This document shows, one piece after another, positions 35,611 through 45,229 of a DNA stretch of 64,000 nt. Position 1 is the first letter of the stretch, and every line of letters begins with the position of its first letter. Source of the stretch: Escherichia coli. Its GTDB lineage: Bacteria; Pseudomonadota; Gammaproteobacteria; Enterobacterales; Enterobacteriaceae. The notes beneath the pieces were generated by a model, which made no database searches, was not told where the DNA came from, and worked only from the letters and a program-made list of their open reading frames with translations. The DNA lies in assembly GCF_003018255.1 (NCBI RefSeq), contig NZ_CP027440.1. One strand, written 5' to 3'. The position numbers and the translations under genes were made by a program.

Positions 35611-36330
35611 ATCGCTGCGACAGTGGCTGATGCTGTACTCAATAGGCCGTTGCTGTTGGTCAAGCGCCACTTGCTTGATCACCAGCACCGGTATTTTGCT
35701 ATCTAACTGAATATGTGACTGAAACTCGGCATCCGGCATCCGGGCGCTAACGCGGGAACGCGTACGTTGTGGGTAAATGTGCTGGCTGCGGAAGTAGTCA
35801 TAAAGAGAAATCCCGATGGCATCAACATCATGAATTAAATGTGCCGGAACCCACGATTCCTCAATCGATACCGCCTCTTCATCGACATAGCGAATACGCT
35901 TAAGCAAAAAGACATCACTTCCCGCTTCGACCGCCAGCTGCTGCGCGACTTCTTCGGGACATTTCACGACACGCTTGTTAACCCATAACGTATCGGGCTT
36001 TTTCCCGCGCAATACCACCTGCTGAGAAAACCCCCGCGCTTCTTTCAGCGAGTATTCGAAGATGTTGTTGATCTGCGTGCCGTAACCACGCGAACGCGTC
36101 ACCACGCCCTCTTCTTCCAGCGACTGCATCGCCTTGCGCACCGTAATGCGCGAAACGCCGGTTAACTGACTTAAATCACGCTCACCGGGCAAAATATTGC
36201 CATGCTCCAGCACCCCGCTGCGCACGGCATTTTTTACCGTTTCGGCAAACTTAATATAAAGCGGCGTGTTATCCGCCGCTAAAATACGCTCGTTCAGTTG
36301 GGCAATCAGCTGGGTATGCGCTTGTTCCAT
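35584..36330 (-). CDS. yegW: GntR-family (HutC subfamily) transcriptional regulator YegW
   Basis: 248 aa; N-terminal winged HTH and UTRA-like C-terminus. Confidence 0.8.
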   Translation of the reverse strand: MEQAHTQLIAQLNERILAADNTPLYIKFAETVKNAVRSGVLEHGNILPGERDLSQLTGVSRITVRKAMQSLEEEGVVTRSRGYGTQINNIFEYSLKEARGFSQQVVLRGKKPDTLWVNKRVVKCPEEVAQQLAVEAGSDVFLLKRIRYVDEEAVSIEESWVPAHLIHDVDAIGISLYDYFRSQHIYPQRTRSRVSARMPDAEFQSHIQLDSKIPVLVIKQVALDQQQRPIEYSISHCRSDLYVFVCEE

Positions 36331-36381
36331 TTGTCTTTTTCCTGCCGGGGAATCTGGTGGGAGTATATCACTGCTTCTTAT

Positions 36382-37209
36382 TTAAGGCGTTTCTTTAATC
36401 CCATCAACGAATGCCTGCAACTCCTCCACCGTGCCATTAAACACATTAAAATCCACCGGACCATTAATGCCATCGACCTGTCCACGGTCGGAATGCTGCC
36501 AGAAGCGCCAGGCCATGCCGTCATTGTCCGGGCGACGTTGATAATAGTGAGCCACCCACCACGGATATTCATTGAAATAGCCCGCCAGATTGGTGTGATA
36601 AAAAACGGCTCCTGAGTAAATAATTGGCTTTTTACCCGTACGTTTTTCGACCATTTTTAGCCACTGACTTACCCGCTTGCGTAATTCTTTTGCCGATAAT
36701 TTTCCCCGTTCTTCTACGTCCAGCACGGCAGGGAAATCGCCTTGTGAGAAATCCACCGTTTGCAGAAATAATCTCGCCTGAACTGAAGCAGATACCGACG
36801 GGGAAAAATAATGATACGCCCCGCGCAGCAGGCCATTTTCGCGGCTTAGTTGCCAGTTACGCGAAAAATAGGGGTCCACCAGCTTTTCGCCTTCCGTCGC
36901 CTTAATAAAAGCAAACTGTAAGCGGATACCGTTGTCGCGCATTTTTGCCACACGCTGCCAGTCGATCCGCTCCTGCCAGCGTGAAACATCTATTCCGTGA
37001 ATGGTGTAACTGGCAGGAATGCGAATAGCGAAAGATTTAACCGGGCGATAACCGTAGAAGTGGATGTAGTCTTTAATCTGAATTGCTGTCGAATAGAAAA
37101 AATTCACCGTCTGACGCGGATAAATTGCAACGATGGAAATTAGCCCAAGAGCGCATAATAAAACGGTGAATTTTTTTCGACTGGTGATTCTCAACTGCAT
37201 TGGTTTCAT
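36382..37209 (-). CDS. yegX: Glycoside hydrolase family 25 (lysozyme-like) protein YegX
   Basis: 275 aa; N-terminal signal/anchor (FTVLLCALGLISIVAIY) followed by GH25-like domain (GIDVSRWQERIDW...). Confidence 0.7.
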   Translation of the reverse strand: MKPMQLRITSRKKFTVLLCALGLISIVAIYPRQTVNFFYSTAIQIKDYIHFYGYRPVKSFAIRIPASYTIHGIDVSRWQERIDWQRVAKMRDNGIRLQFAFIKATEGEKLVDPYFSRNWQLSRENGLLRGAYHYFSPSVSASVQARLFLQTVDFSQGDFPAVLDVEERGKLSAKELRKRVSQWLKMVEKRTGKKPIIYSGAVFYHTNLAGYFNEYPWWVAHYYQRRPDNDGMAWRFWQHSDRGQVDGINGPVDFNVFNGTVEELQAFVDGIKETP

Positions 37210-37264
37210 CCCTGAATGTCAGCACCAAAGGCTGACAATAACCAAAGCAGCTATAGTACGGTGC

Positions 37265-38065
37265 TCACCACCAGGCGTGGAAGTGGTGAACCGGACCAAT
37301 ACCGTGACCAACTTCCAGCGTGTCGGCCTGGGCTAATGCCGATGAAAGCCAGCTTTTTGCCTCCTGTACGGTGTCAGCCCAGTTTGTATGGCGCGGGCGT
37401 AGTGCAGCCAACGCCGCAGAGAGCGTACAACCAGTGCCGTGGGTGTTTTTGGTCATAATGCGCGGTGCAGTAAATCGTTGTTCCCCCTCACGAGTAAACA
37501 GCCAGTCCGGGCTTTGCTCATCATCCAGATGACCACCTTTCATTAGCACTGCGCCACAGCCCATCACCAACAGCGATCGCCCTTGTTCCAGCATTTCCTG
37601 TTCGGTGCGCGCGTGTGGCGCGTCGAGCAAGGCGGCTGCTTCGGGCAAGTTTGGCGTTATTAATGAAACATGTGGCAATAATCGACTGCGCAGCGTAGCA
37701 ACCGCCGAAGGTGAAAGCAGCGGGTCGCCGCTTTTTGCCAGCATAACGGTGTCGAGTACCACGTTTTGGATCTGATAACGTTGCAACCGTTCTGCCACCG
37801 CTTCAACAATATCGGTTTCCGCCAACATACCGATTTTAGTGGTGTCGATTCGCACATCACTGAACACCGAATCGAGCTGGGCGGCGACAAAATCAGGCTC
37901 AATGCGATACACCGACTGTACACCACGGGTATTTTGCGCCACCAGTGCAGTAATAACTGAGCAACCATAAGCGCCAAGTGCCGAGAAGGTTTTAAGATCG
38001 GCCTGAATCCCCGCACCACCACTCGGATCAGTACCGGCAATCGTCAGAGCGTTAATTCGTTTCAT
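37265..38065 (-). CDS. thiD: Hydroxymethylpyrimidine/phosphomethylpyrimidine kinase
   Basis: 266 aa ORF recognised as ThiD; overlaps thiM stop. Confidence 0.9.
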   Translation of the reverse strand: MKRINALTIAGTDPSGGAGIQADLKTFSALGAYGCSVITALVAQNTRGVQSVYRIEPDFVAAQLDSVFSDVRIDTTKIGMLAETDIVEAVAERLQRYQIQNVVLDTVMLAKSGDPLLSPSAVATLRSRLLPHVSLITPNLPEAAALLDAPHARTEQEMLEQGRSLLVMGCGAVLMKGGHLDDEQSPDWLFTREGEQRFTAPRIMTKNTHGTGCTLSAALAALRPRHTNWADTVQEAKSWLSSALAQADTLEVGHGIGPVHHFHAWW

Positions 38066-38850
38066 GCCTGCACCTCCTGCGTCAATTGCCAGAGCGCATC
38101 AAGGAAATGTGGAACAAAACTGCCTGGCCCCTCGCTTCTGGCAACTGCGCGTTCTCCGGCTTGTTTCATCCAGTGACAGGCAGATGCGATATTTTCCAGC
38201 GTATCGCCTGGTAGCGCACAACAGGCAGCGACAACCGCCGATAGTGCACAGCCAGTTCCTACCACTTTGGCCATTAGCGGATCGCCACCGTGAATGCCAA
38301 CGGTGCGACGACCATCGGTAACATAATCCACCTCGCCAGTGACCACGACGATTGCGCCAGTTTCCCGTGCCAGTGTTTGTGCAGCGGGTATCGCATTAGC
38401 TGCGGCGTCAGTGGTATCCACTCCCCGTCCACCATTAGCAACGCCAGCTAATGCCATGATTTCCGAAGCATTACCACGTATGGCGGTTGGCTTATGGGAC
38501 AGAAGTTCCACACAAAAACGGCGGCGATAATCGAGCGCACCAACCGCAACCGGATCAAGCGTCCAGGGCGTTTGTGATCGTGTTGCTTGCTCAACGGCAG
38601 CACTCATCGCTTGCGCTCGTGGCTGCGTCAGTGTGCCAACGTTAATCAGCAACGCACTGGCGATAGCCGCAAACTGACTGGCTTCTTCGGTTTCGATAAC
38701 CATCGCTGGCGATGCACCGAGCGCCAGCAAGGTATTGGCAGTAAAGGTTTGCACCACATCGTTGGTCATACAGTGCACAAGAGGGGAATGTTGGTGAAAA
38801 AGGTGTAACGCGTGCGCAGATTGCGCTGAACTCAGCAGGTCGACTTGCAT
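38062..38850 (-). CDS. thiM: Hydroxyethylthiazole kinase
   Basis: 262 aa ORF recognised as ThiM. Confidence 0.9.
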   Translation of the reverse strand: MQVDLLSSAQSAHALHLFHQHSPLVHCMTNDVVQTFTANTLLALGASPAMVIETEEASQFAAIASALLINVGTLTQPRAQAMSAAVEQATRSQTPWTLDPVAVGALDYRRRFCVELLSHKPTAIRGNASEIMALAGVANGGRGVDTTDAAANAIPAAQTLARETGAIVVVTGEVDYVTDGRRTVGIHGGDPLMAKVVGTGCALSAVVAACCALPGDTLENIASACHWMKQAGERAVARSEGPGSFVPHFLDALWQLTQEVQA

Positions 38851-38859
38851 AGTTTGCTC

Positions 38860-38975
38860 CTGCCATAACGTGAAGAAGCAATGACCTGGTGGTCCGTGAC
38901 TTCCCTACGCTGGCATTATCCAGATCAGGTGATACGGGTATTTCTCAGCCTTCACAAAGAAGGGCACCCCGAGTC
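38860..38975 (-). promoter_or_regulatory. TPP (THI-box) riboswitch in thiMD leader
   Basis: Minus-strand sequence ...ctcggggtgcccttct...ctgagaaatacccgtatcacctgatctggataatgccagcgtagggaagtcacggacc... matches the thiM thi-box aptamer as recalled. Confidence 0.85.
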
Positions 38976-39072
38976 GTTTGGTTGCGATAATAAATCGCAG
39001 AGGAGGATGGTAATGTCCAGCGCACGCGTTGTAAACGGGGAAAAACGGCGGTATTACAATCGCGTTAATAAA

Positions 39073-39345
39073 TTATTTGATATAAGAATCCAGCACCTTC
39101 AGAACGACATCCAGATCTTCTTCACGTTTTAGCTCATCCCCCTGGTGAACGATGTGTTCCGTCAGATGGCCTTTAATCACTTCCCGCATCAGACCGTTTA
39201 CCGCGCCACGGATAGCAGCAATCTGTTGTAAAACTGCAGCGCATTCATGCGGTTCGTCGAGCATTTTCTTGAGCGCCACGACCTGGCCCTGAATCTTACT
39301 GGCACGCGCTTTCAGTTTCTGTTTATCACGGATTGTATGAGACAT
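39073..39345 (-). CDS. rcnR: Ni/Co-responsive transcriptional repressor RcnR
   Basis: 90 aa ORF recognised as RcnR (CsoR/RcnR family). Confidence 0.9.
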
Positions 39346-39392
39346 GGCAACACCTGGTTAACAAGAATATGAAAAATCATAGCACTATTAAT

Positions 39393-39428
39393 CTACTGGG
39401 GGGTAGTATAAGGTACTGGGGGGGAGTA
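39393..39428. promoter_or_regulatory. Two tandem RcnR operator sites (TACT-G6/7-N-AGTA) in rcnR-rcnA intergenic region
   Basis: tactggggggtagta (39393-39407) and tactgggggggagta (39414-39428), G-tract-centred inverted repeats. Confidence 0.75.
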
Positions 39429-39465
39429 GAATCAGATTGCCGAATTAATACTAAGAATTATTATC

Positions 39466-40290
39466 ATGACCGAATTTACAACACTTCTTCAGCAAGGAAA
39501 CGCCTGGTTCTTCATCCCCAGCGCCATCTTACTTGGTGCGCTTCATGGCCTGGAACCGGGGCACTCAAAAACGATGATGGCGGCGTTTATCATCGCCATC
39601 AAAGGCACCATTAAACAGGCGGTGATGCTCGGACTGGCAGCAACTATTTCGCATACCGCAGTGGTCTGGTTAATTGCCTTTGGCGGGATGGTGATCAGCA
39701 AACGCTTTACTGCTCAATCAGCAGAACCGTGGCTCCAGTTGATTTCCGCAGTGATCATTATTAGCACCGCGTTCTGGATGTTCTGGCGTACCTGGCGCGG
39801 CGAACGCAACTGGCTGGAGAATATGCACGAGCATGATCATGAGCATCATCACCACGATCACGAAGATCACCACGACCATGGACATCATCACCATCACGAA
39901 CATGGCGAGTATCAGGATGCCCATGCACGAGCCCATGCCAATGACATTAAACGACGCTTTGATGGTAGAGAGGTCACCAACTGGCAAATTTTGCTATTTG
40001 GCTTAACCGGTGGCCTTATCCCCTGCCCGGCAGCAATTACCGTGCTGTTGATTTGCATTCAGTTGAAAGCCCTGACACTGGGCGCAACACTGGTCGTCAG
40101 TTTCAGCCTCGGCCTGGCGTTAACGCTTGTCACCGTAGGCGTTGGCGCAGCAATCAGCGTTCAGCAGGTCGCAAAACGCTGGAGCGGATTTAACACTCTC
40201 GCTAAACGCGCTCCCTATTTTTCCAGTCTGTTGATTGGCTTAGTTGGTGTGTATATGGGCGTACATGGCTTCATGGGCATAATGCGATAA
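39466..40290 (+). CDS. rcnA: Ni/Co efflux protein RcnA
   Basis: 274 aa membrane protein with His-rich cytoplasmic loop (HEHDHEHHHHDHEDHHDHGHHHHHEHGEYQDAHARAH). Confidence 0.9.
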   Translation: MTEFTTLLQQGNAWFFIPSAILLGALHGLEPGHSKTMMAAFIIAIKGTIKQAVMLGLAATISHTAVVWLIAFGGMVISKRFTAQSAEPWLQLISAVIIISTAFWMFWRTWRGERNWLENMHEHDHEHHHHDHEDHHDHGHHHHHEHGEYQDAHARAHANDIKRRFDGREVTNWQILLFGLTGGLIPCPAAITVLLICIQLKALTLGATLVVSFSLGLALTLVTVGVGAAISVQQVAKRWSGFNTLAKRAPYFSSLLIGLVGVYMGVHGFMGIMR

Positions 40291-40508
40291 CTCAATCCTT
40301 TAGGCTTGCATGTTATCTTCAGCCCAGGATGATTCTTAAATCAGCTATTTCCGCTGACTCTCTGCTCGCTAAGGATGCTTTTAGGGCATCCTTTCATTTA
40401 CACTTTTTACGAAATCATGGGATCACTAACAAAATATCGCTTGTCAGTTATATTGTATGGCAGGAAAGATATGCGACTGATATTACAGATCCCCAAAGTG
40501 GAGAGTTT

Positions 40509-40847
40509 ATGACCATTAAAAATAAGATGTTGCTGGGTGCGCTTTTGCTGGTTACCAGTGCCGCCTGGGCCGCACCAGCCACCGCGGGTTCGACCAATAC
40601 CTCGGGAATTTCTAAGTATGAGTTAAGCAGTTTCATTGCTGACTTTAAGCATTTCAAACCAGGTGACACCGTCCCAGAGATGTACCGCACCGATGAGTAC
40701 AACATTAAGCAGTGGCAGTTACGTAACCTGCCCGCGCCTGATGCCGGGACGCACTGGACCTATATGGGTGGCGCGTACGTGTTGATCAGCGACACCGACG
40801 GTAAAATCATTAAAGCCTACGACGGTGAGATTTTTTATCATCGCTAA
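40509..40847 (+). CDS. rcnB: Periplasmic Ni/Co homeostasis protein RcnB (YohN)
   Basis: ORF 40329..40847; start placed at ATG 40509 (MTIKNKMLLGALLLVTSAAWA signal peptide, 112 aa). Confidence 0.8.
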   Translation: MTIKNKMLLGALLLVTSAAWAAPATAGSTNTSGISKYELSSFIADFKHFKPGDTVPEMYRTDEYNIKQWQLRNLPAPDAGTHWTYMGGAYVLISDTDGKIIKAYDGEIFYHR

Positions 40848-40873
40848 AAAAAAGCCCCCTCGGAGAGAGGGGG
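40845..40873 (-). terminator. Rho-independent terminator downstream of yehA
   Basis: GC hairpin gccccctcggagagagggggg with adjacent A run on the plus strand (U tract on the minus strand). Confidence 0.6.
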
Positions 40874-40928
40874 GAATGCAGACACCTTAATATTTTTATT
40901 ATTAGCCACTTGCTCGTCTTGCTTGTTA

Positions 40929-41963
40929 TTAGTCGTATTTCACGTTGATTAATGCGGTTGCCTCCAGTGCGCCAGATTTAACTTTGTTTGTATCGTAGAC
41001 GTAGTAACTGGCCGTTATCGGAATTGAAACCGTTGTATCTGTAAGTTTTGACTTTGCCGCAATTTCTTTTAAATTTGTATATCCTTTACTGCTGTTAGTG
41101 ATATTTAAAAGTGTGACTGGCGTACCATTACTTTCAAGAATAAATCCTACGCCATTATCTTCCGCACCTTTCAGGATCGTGTTGCTGTTGGTTAACAAGT
41201 CAGAACTTGATAAATACACCTGCATTTTCCGTGATGTTTGATTTTGTTGACCTAATAAATTTTTACAACGCAGAATAATATCCCCTTTTTTACTATTTAT
41301 TGTTGTTTTGTTACCTGTGGCTGGTAATTGTGAAACGGGAATACTCTCTAACGTAATTAATAAATCGTCCGGTTTGCAGGTTGTGGTTATCGGGTTGTAT
41401 GACAATGTCAGATTAAAGGAATAGACACCTGCATTTTGTGCCAATGCATTTCTGTAGCTATTTACACATGCATCCCATGACTTACCACCTAATAAACACA
41501 GTAGAAATTGTACTGCGGCACTCCCGCGTGTCGATGATGAAGCACTGGATAATGTCGCAACTCCATTAATCATCACTGAACCACCGCCCCCCGCAGAAAC
41601 ATTCACTTTTGCATTACTGGCCGCAGGTGTCACCGTCACCGAATAACCACTGGTGAAACTGGTCTGATTATTTGACAACGTAATGTTGTTTTTATTGGTC
41701 CATTCAAAATGTAAATTTAATTTAATGGTATCGTTATAAAGTCCAACAATAATATCCGACGGGCTCATAGGTGTGATAGTATTTGTACTCACGCATGACG
41801 AATCATTAAAATTATGCTCATATGTCGCCATTTGTGTTTGAGTAAGTGCAAAATCCCCCTGAACAACCAAATTGTGCTGAACAGATAACTCACTATAACA
41901 TGCCGCATAGCTCACAGGCATAACCATCATCATTACTATAAATAGCATTATGCGAATTTCCAT
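40929..41963 (-). CDS. yehA: Fimbrial adhesin-like protein YehA
   Basis: 344 aa, signal peptide, Thr/Ser-rich; last gene of chaperone-usher operon. Confidence 0.8.
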   Translation of the reverse strand: MEIRIMLFIVMMMVMPVSYAACYSELSVQHNLVVQGDFALTQTQMATYEHNFNDSSCVSTNTITPMSPSDIIVGLYNDTIKLNLHFEWTNKNNITLSNNQTSFTSGYSVTVTPAASNAKVNVSAGGGGSVMINGVATLSSASSSTRGSAAVQFLLCLLGGKSWDACVNSYRNALAQNAGVYSFNLTLSYNPITTTCKPDDLLITLESIPVSQLPATGNKTTINSKKGDIILRCKNLLGQQNQTSRKMQVYLSSSDLLTNSNTILKGAEDNGVGFILESNGTPVTLLNITNSSKGYTNLKEIAAKSKLTDTTVSIPITASYYVYDTNKVKSGALEATALINVKYD

Positions 41964-41978
41964 AGAACCACCTGACTA

Positions 41979-44474
41979 TTACTGGCAAATATAATTTCTA
42001 CTTTCATCAATCTCTTTACCGAAGGTGATTGTGCATGAAAGCCCTTGTTGCTTATCAATTGCCACATTAACCGATGGCGGTACTTCATTGGTGCGAATAA
42101 ATAACTGGCTTCCCTGGCCGACAACACCAATATTATGACCATGGATATCATTGACTTCATAACCAAACGTTAATGGTTGCCCATCCGCTCTTAACGCTTT
42201 TATAAACCATGGCTTGCGCTGATCGGTATCAAAATTAACCAGTACAACCGCGCCGCGATAAGGGGCGGCAATTTTCCGGTTGCCACGTAATTCTGCTTCG
42301 CTATCGCTTTGTGACACATCCAACATCAGGTAATTTTCCCGATAAGGTGTCATTCCGTCGTATACCACCACTCCATTACGGTTTGTTGTGCGATATTTTT
42401 GCCCATTGACATAAGCATCTTTAATTCCTGGCGCATTCATCACAGCAAACGTTTCAGAAAGACGGTTTGCCAGATTAACGCCACCCGACCAGGCGACAAT
42501 GCCCCCTGAAACACTGGCTCCAGCCTGTCGATAAGCACTCGACTGACTATAACTGCCATTCACTGTCGCAACCGGCGCGTTCCAGGTTAAATTCGCCCCA
42601 GCTGTCGTTTCATTTCCCTGATACTGATAACTCAGGTTGACCCCATAGTTAAACTGATCCCGGCTTCCAACGGTTCCTGATAATCCCGTATTATTTGAGG
42701 CAACCCCCTGATCATCAAACGTCGTTGAGTTAGACATATATATTTGCCGACGAGGCGTCGTAACGTCATCACCCCAATCAAAGGGAATCGATATAAAAAT
42801 ATTAAAACGTTTCTCTTCATGATGATTCTCGTCATAAGCATGGCTTGCCGCGAGGGTATAGCTTATCCTTCGCAGGTTGTTGGAATAACTCAACTGATAA
42901 TCCTTACTGCTGCCGCTACGCCCCCAGTAATCTCGCCATAACGTACTTAAGGACACAGAACCCCAGCCTTCTGGCAATGACTGACTCATATTGGCAGAGA
43001 AGCTATTTTTACGGCCAAAATCGTTCTGGTAATAATCGGCAATGTCATAGATATCGTTTTCATCACGGCGATAATTATCTTTATTGTTTGCCCATACGTG
43101 ATCATTAAATGTCCGATAATCACGCGACGAATAACGCCAGGCCGCCAGACCAAAACGTGTCGACGTTTGGCTCACAAATTTGTTGTAGGCAATTTGATAA
43201 CTTTGCCCGTCAAACACATCGCCGTTGTCTTGTTTACTATGCGACTTCGTGGCATCGACGGAAATGGCACCAATGCGTGTATTCCAGCCAGTCCCCAAAG
43301 TGAACGCGTAATAATTATTCGCGACCATCGAGCCACCATACAGCGTTAATAAGTTATTAAAACCATACTGATGACCCGCCTGGACAAAATCACTTTGTTT
43401 GCTCGCCCCTTCAATATGGCTACGACCCGCCGCAAAATCATATTTCGACACGCCGGGTTGCAGCATATTTGGTACCGCTGCATAAGGCACCAGATAGGTG
43501 GTTACCGAACCGTCCGCCTCTTTCACGCTGACATCAAGATCTGCTCCACCTCCGGCCAACTGCAAATCTGTAATCGCAAACGGGCCAGGAGGAACCTCTT
43601 TCTGATAAACCACAAAACCATTCTGTTCAATAGTTACCAGCGCGTTACTCTGAGCAATCCCCTGCACCCGTGGCGTAAAATTTTGTTTCGAGTTAGGCAA
43701 CATCTGCATATCACGAAACAACCGCACACCGCTGAAGCGAACAGAATCAAAAATATCGCTTGATGTGTACATATCACCCACACGAAGCGTGCCGAGAAGT
43801 TGGGCAAATCCACGTTCCAGATACAGGGTATTGCTTTTCCACACCCCTGGATTGTTATTTGTTTTACTGAAACTGGCATCAGAATGCAGTTGCCACCCCT
43901 GTAAATTTAACCCGCTGTTAAAACGTACATATGTACTCTTGCTATTACCCGACGCTTTATAGTCGCTGTAATACTGACTCACATAATAAGAGGTATAAAA
44001 CGCATTAATACCCCGCTCCCAGTTTTCCGGTGGAACATAGCCACTTTCCAGTTCTTCCACCCACGCCTGCGGGACACTGAAATCGAGACGAAAAACTCCG
44101 ATATCCCAGGTATAGCTCCCACCCTGAACAAGTTGCTCAAATGTTAAACATTGCTTACCGCTGGCAAAGTTATCGGTATTAATGCCTAACCGCTTGATAA
44201 TTTCCCTTGATAAACATGTTTCTTGCGGGTTGTCTTTAACAATAATCTCATATTTCCCGCGCCATTGCTTATTGACATAAATATCGATGTCATACTGCCC
44301 CGGCAAGGGTTGATTATCATCAAGACGAATATTTGCAACCTGCTGGTCTTTCATTCCACCTATCATGAAATGGGTATCAAAGGTTTCTTCAGCTGCATAA
44401 GCTTCAATGCCGAGCAATAACGCTACGATTGCTGATGCAAGTGGGGTCATTCTCAACATAGGCAGCTCCTGCAA
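41979..44474 (-). CDS. yehB: Fimbrial outer-membrane usher YehB
   Basis: 831 aa ORF, signal peptide, usher-family architecture (true start may be a downstream in-frame ATG). Confidence 0.85.
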   Translation of the reverse strand: MQELPMLRMTPLASAIVALLLGIEAYAAEETFDTHFMIGGMKDQQVANIRLDDNQPLPGQYDIDIYVNKQWRGKYEIIVKDNPQETCLSREIIKRLGINTDNFASGKQCLTFEQLVQGGSYTWDIGVFRLDFSVPQAWVEELESGYVPPENWERGINAFYTSYYVSQYYSDYKASGNSKSTYVRFNSGLNLQGWQLHSDASFSKTNNNPGVWKSNTLYLERGFAQLLGTLRVGDMYTSSDIFDSVRFSGVRLFRDMQMLPNSKQNFTPRVQGIAQSNALVTIEQNGFVVYQKEVPPGPFAITDLQLAGGGADLDVSVKEADGSVTTYLVPYAAVPNMLQPGVSKYDFAAGRSHIEGASKQSDFVQAGHQYGFNNLLTLYGGSMVANNYYAFTLGTGWNTRIGAISVDATKSHSKQDNGDVFDGQSYQIAYNKFVSQTSTRFGLAAWRYSSRDYRTFNDHVWANNKDNYRRDENDIYDIADYYQNDFGRKNSFSANMSQSLPEGWGSVSLSTLWRDYWGRSGSSKDYQLSYSNNLRRISYTLAASHAYDENHHEEKRFNIFISIPFDWGDDVTTPRRQIYMSNSTTFDDQGVASNNTGLSGTVGSRDQFNYGVNLSYQYQGNETTAGANLTWNAPVATVNGSYSQSSAYRQAGASVSGGIVAWSGGVNLANRLSETFAVMNAPGIKDAYVNGQKYRTTNRNGVVVYDGMTPYRENYLMLDVSQSDSEAELRGNRKIAAPYRGAVVLVNFDTDQRKPWFIKALRADGQPLTFGYEVNDIHGHNIGVVGQGSQLFIRTNEVPPSVNVAIDKQQGLSCTITFGKEIDESRNYICQ

Positions 44475-45149
44475 TTAAATTTTGTCACTAATATAGTTGC
44501 CATGGTCATCGATAATGGTCAGATGCCAGTTATTCGCATTATTACTTTTGACATTAATACTCTGACTTTCTAAGGGGGCAATCATAATAGTTTCATAATT
44601 GACTTTGACATTATTAGCTTTGACATCCGAAATCGTTACCCAATTTTCTGAGTCATTTTTTATCACCAATCCATTGCCACTGCGATTTACCAGTAACTTT
44701 TTAAATGTCGCTTTATTTACCGGAGCAATACCCGCTGGCCGGTAAAACAACTTAATTCTGTTTTGCATCGCAAACTTCAGTGCATTCTTACCTTCTTGTT
44801 CTGGACTATTTGGTGGAATATCCAGAACATTCAGATAAAAAATACTCTCTTTATTAGTGGGTAGTTTATTCGGCATAATTTTAATTTTTACTTGCTGCCC
44901 GGAATTTGCCCCTATTTTTGCCACTGGTGGCGTTAACATGAAAGGAACCTGAATTTTTTCTGGTGGTAATGACGTATCGCCATCATCAATCCACGCCTGC
45001 AGCAGCGAAGAACGGTTTCCCTGGTTCATCAACTGCACCATCACTTCTTTATTTTCTGCCGGGTAAATAATGCGCGTCCCGTAGATAACAATACCGGCAT
45101 GTGCAGGAAGGACCATAGAAGAAATGAGTAAAGCTAATAATCCTTTCAT
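44475..45149 (-). CDS. yehC: Periplasmic fimbrial chaperone YehC
   Basis: 224 aa, signal peptide (MKGLLALLISSMVLPAHA), PapD-like chaperone. Confidence 0.8.
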   Translation of the reverse strand: MKGLLALLISSMVLPAHAGIVIYGTRIIYPAENKEVMVQLMNQGNRSSLLQAWIDDGDTSLPPEKIQVPFMLTPPVAKIGANSGQQVKIKIMPNKLPTNKESIFYLNVLDIPPNSPEQEGKNALKFAMQNRIKLFYRPAGIAPVNKATFKKLLVNRSGNGLVIKNDSENWVTISDVKANNVKVNYETIMIAPLESQSINVKSNNANNWHLTIIDDHGNYISDKI

Positions 45150-45157
45150 CTTAATGC

Positions 45158-45193
45158 CTCTTAAATTAAAAGGCCGCCATGGGGATAGCGGCC
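45158..45193 (-). terminator. Intra-operon rho-independent terminator/attenuator between yehD and yehC
   Basis: Hairpin ggccgccatggggatagcggcc; on the minus strand it is followed by TTTTAATTT. Confidence 0.55.
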
Positions 45194-45229
45194 ATGTTTA
45201 TTACCTGGAGAAACTTGCAATTTTATTTA

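Noticed and set aside
39829-39950. Low-complexity cat/cac-rich stretch that could be a microsatellite or assembly artefact
   Set aside because: It is in frame within rcnA and encodes the His-rich metal-binding loop expected for this Ni/Co efflux protein.
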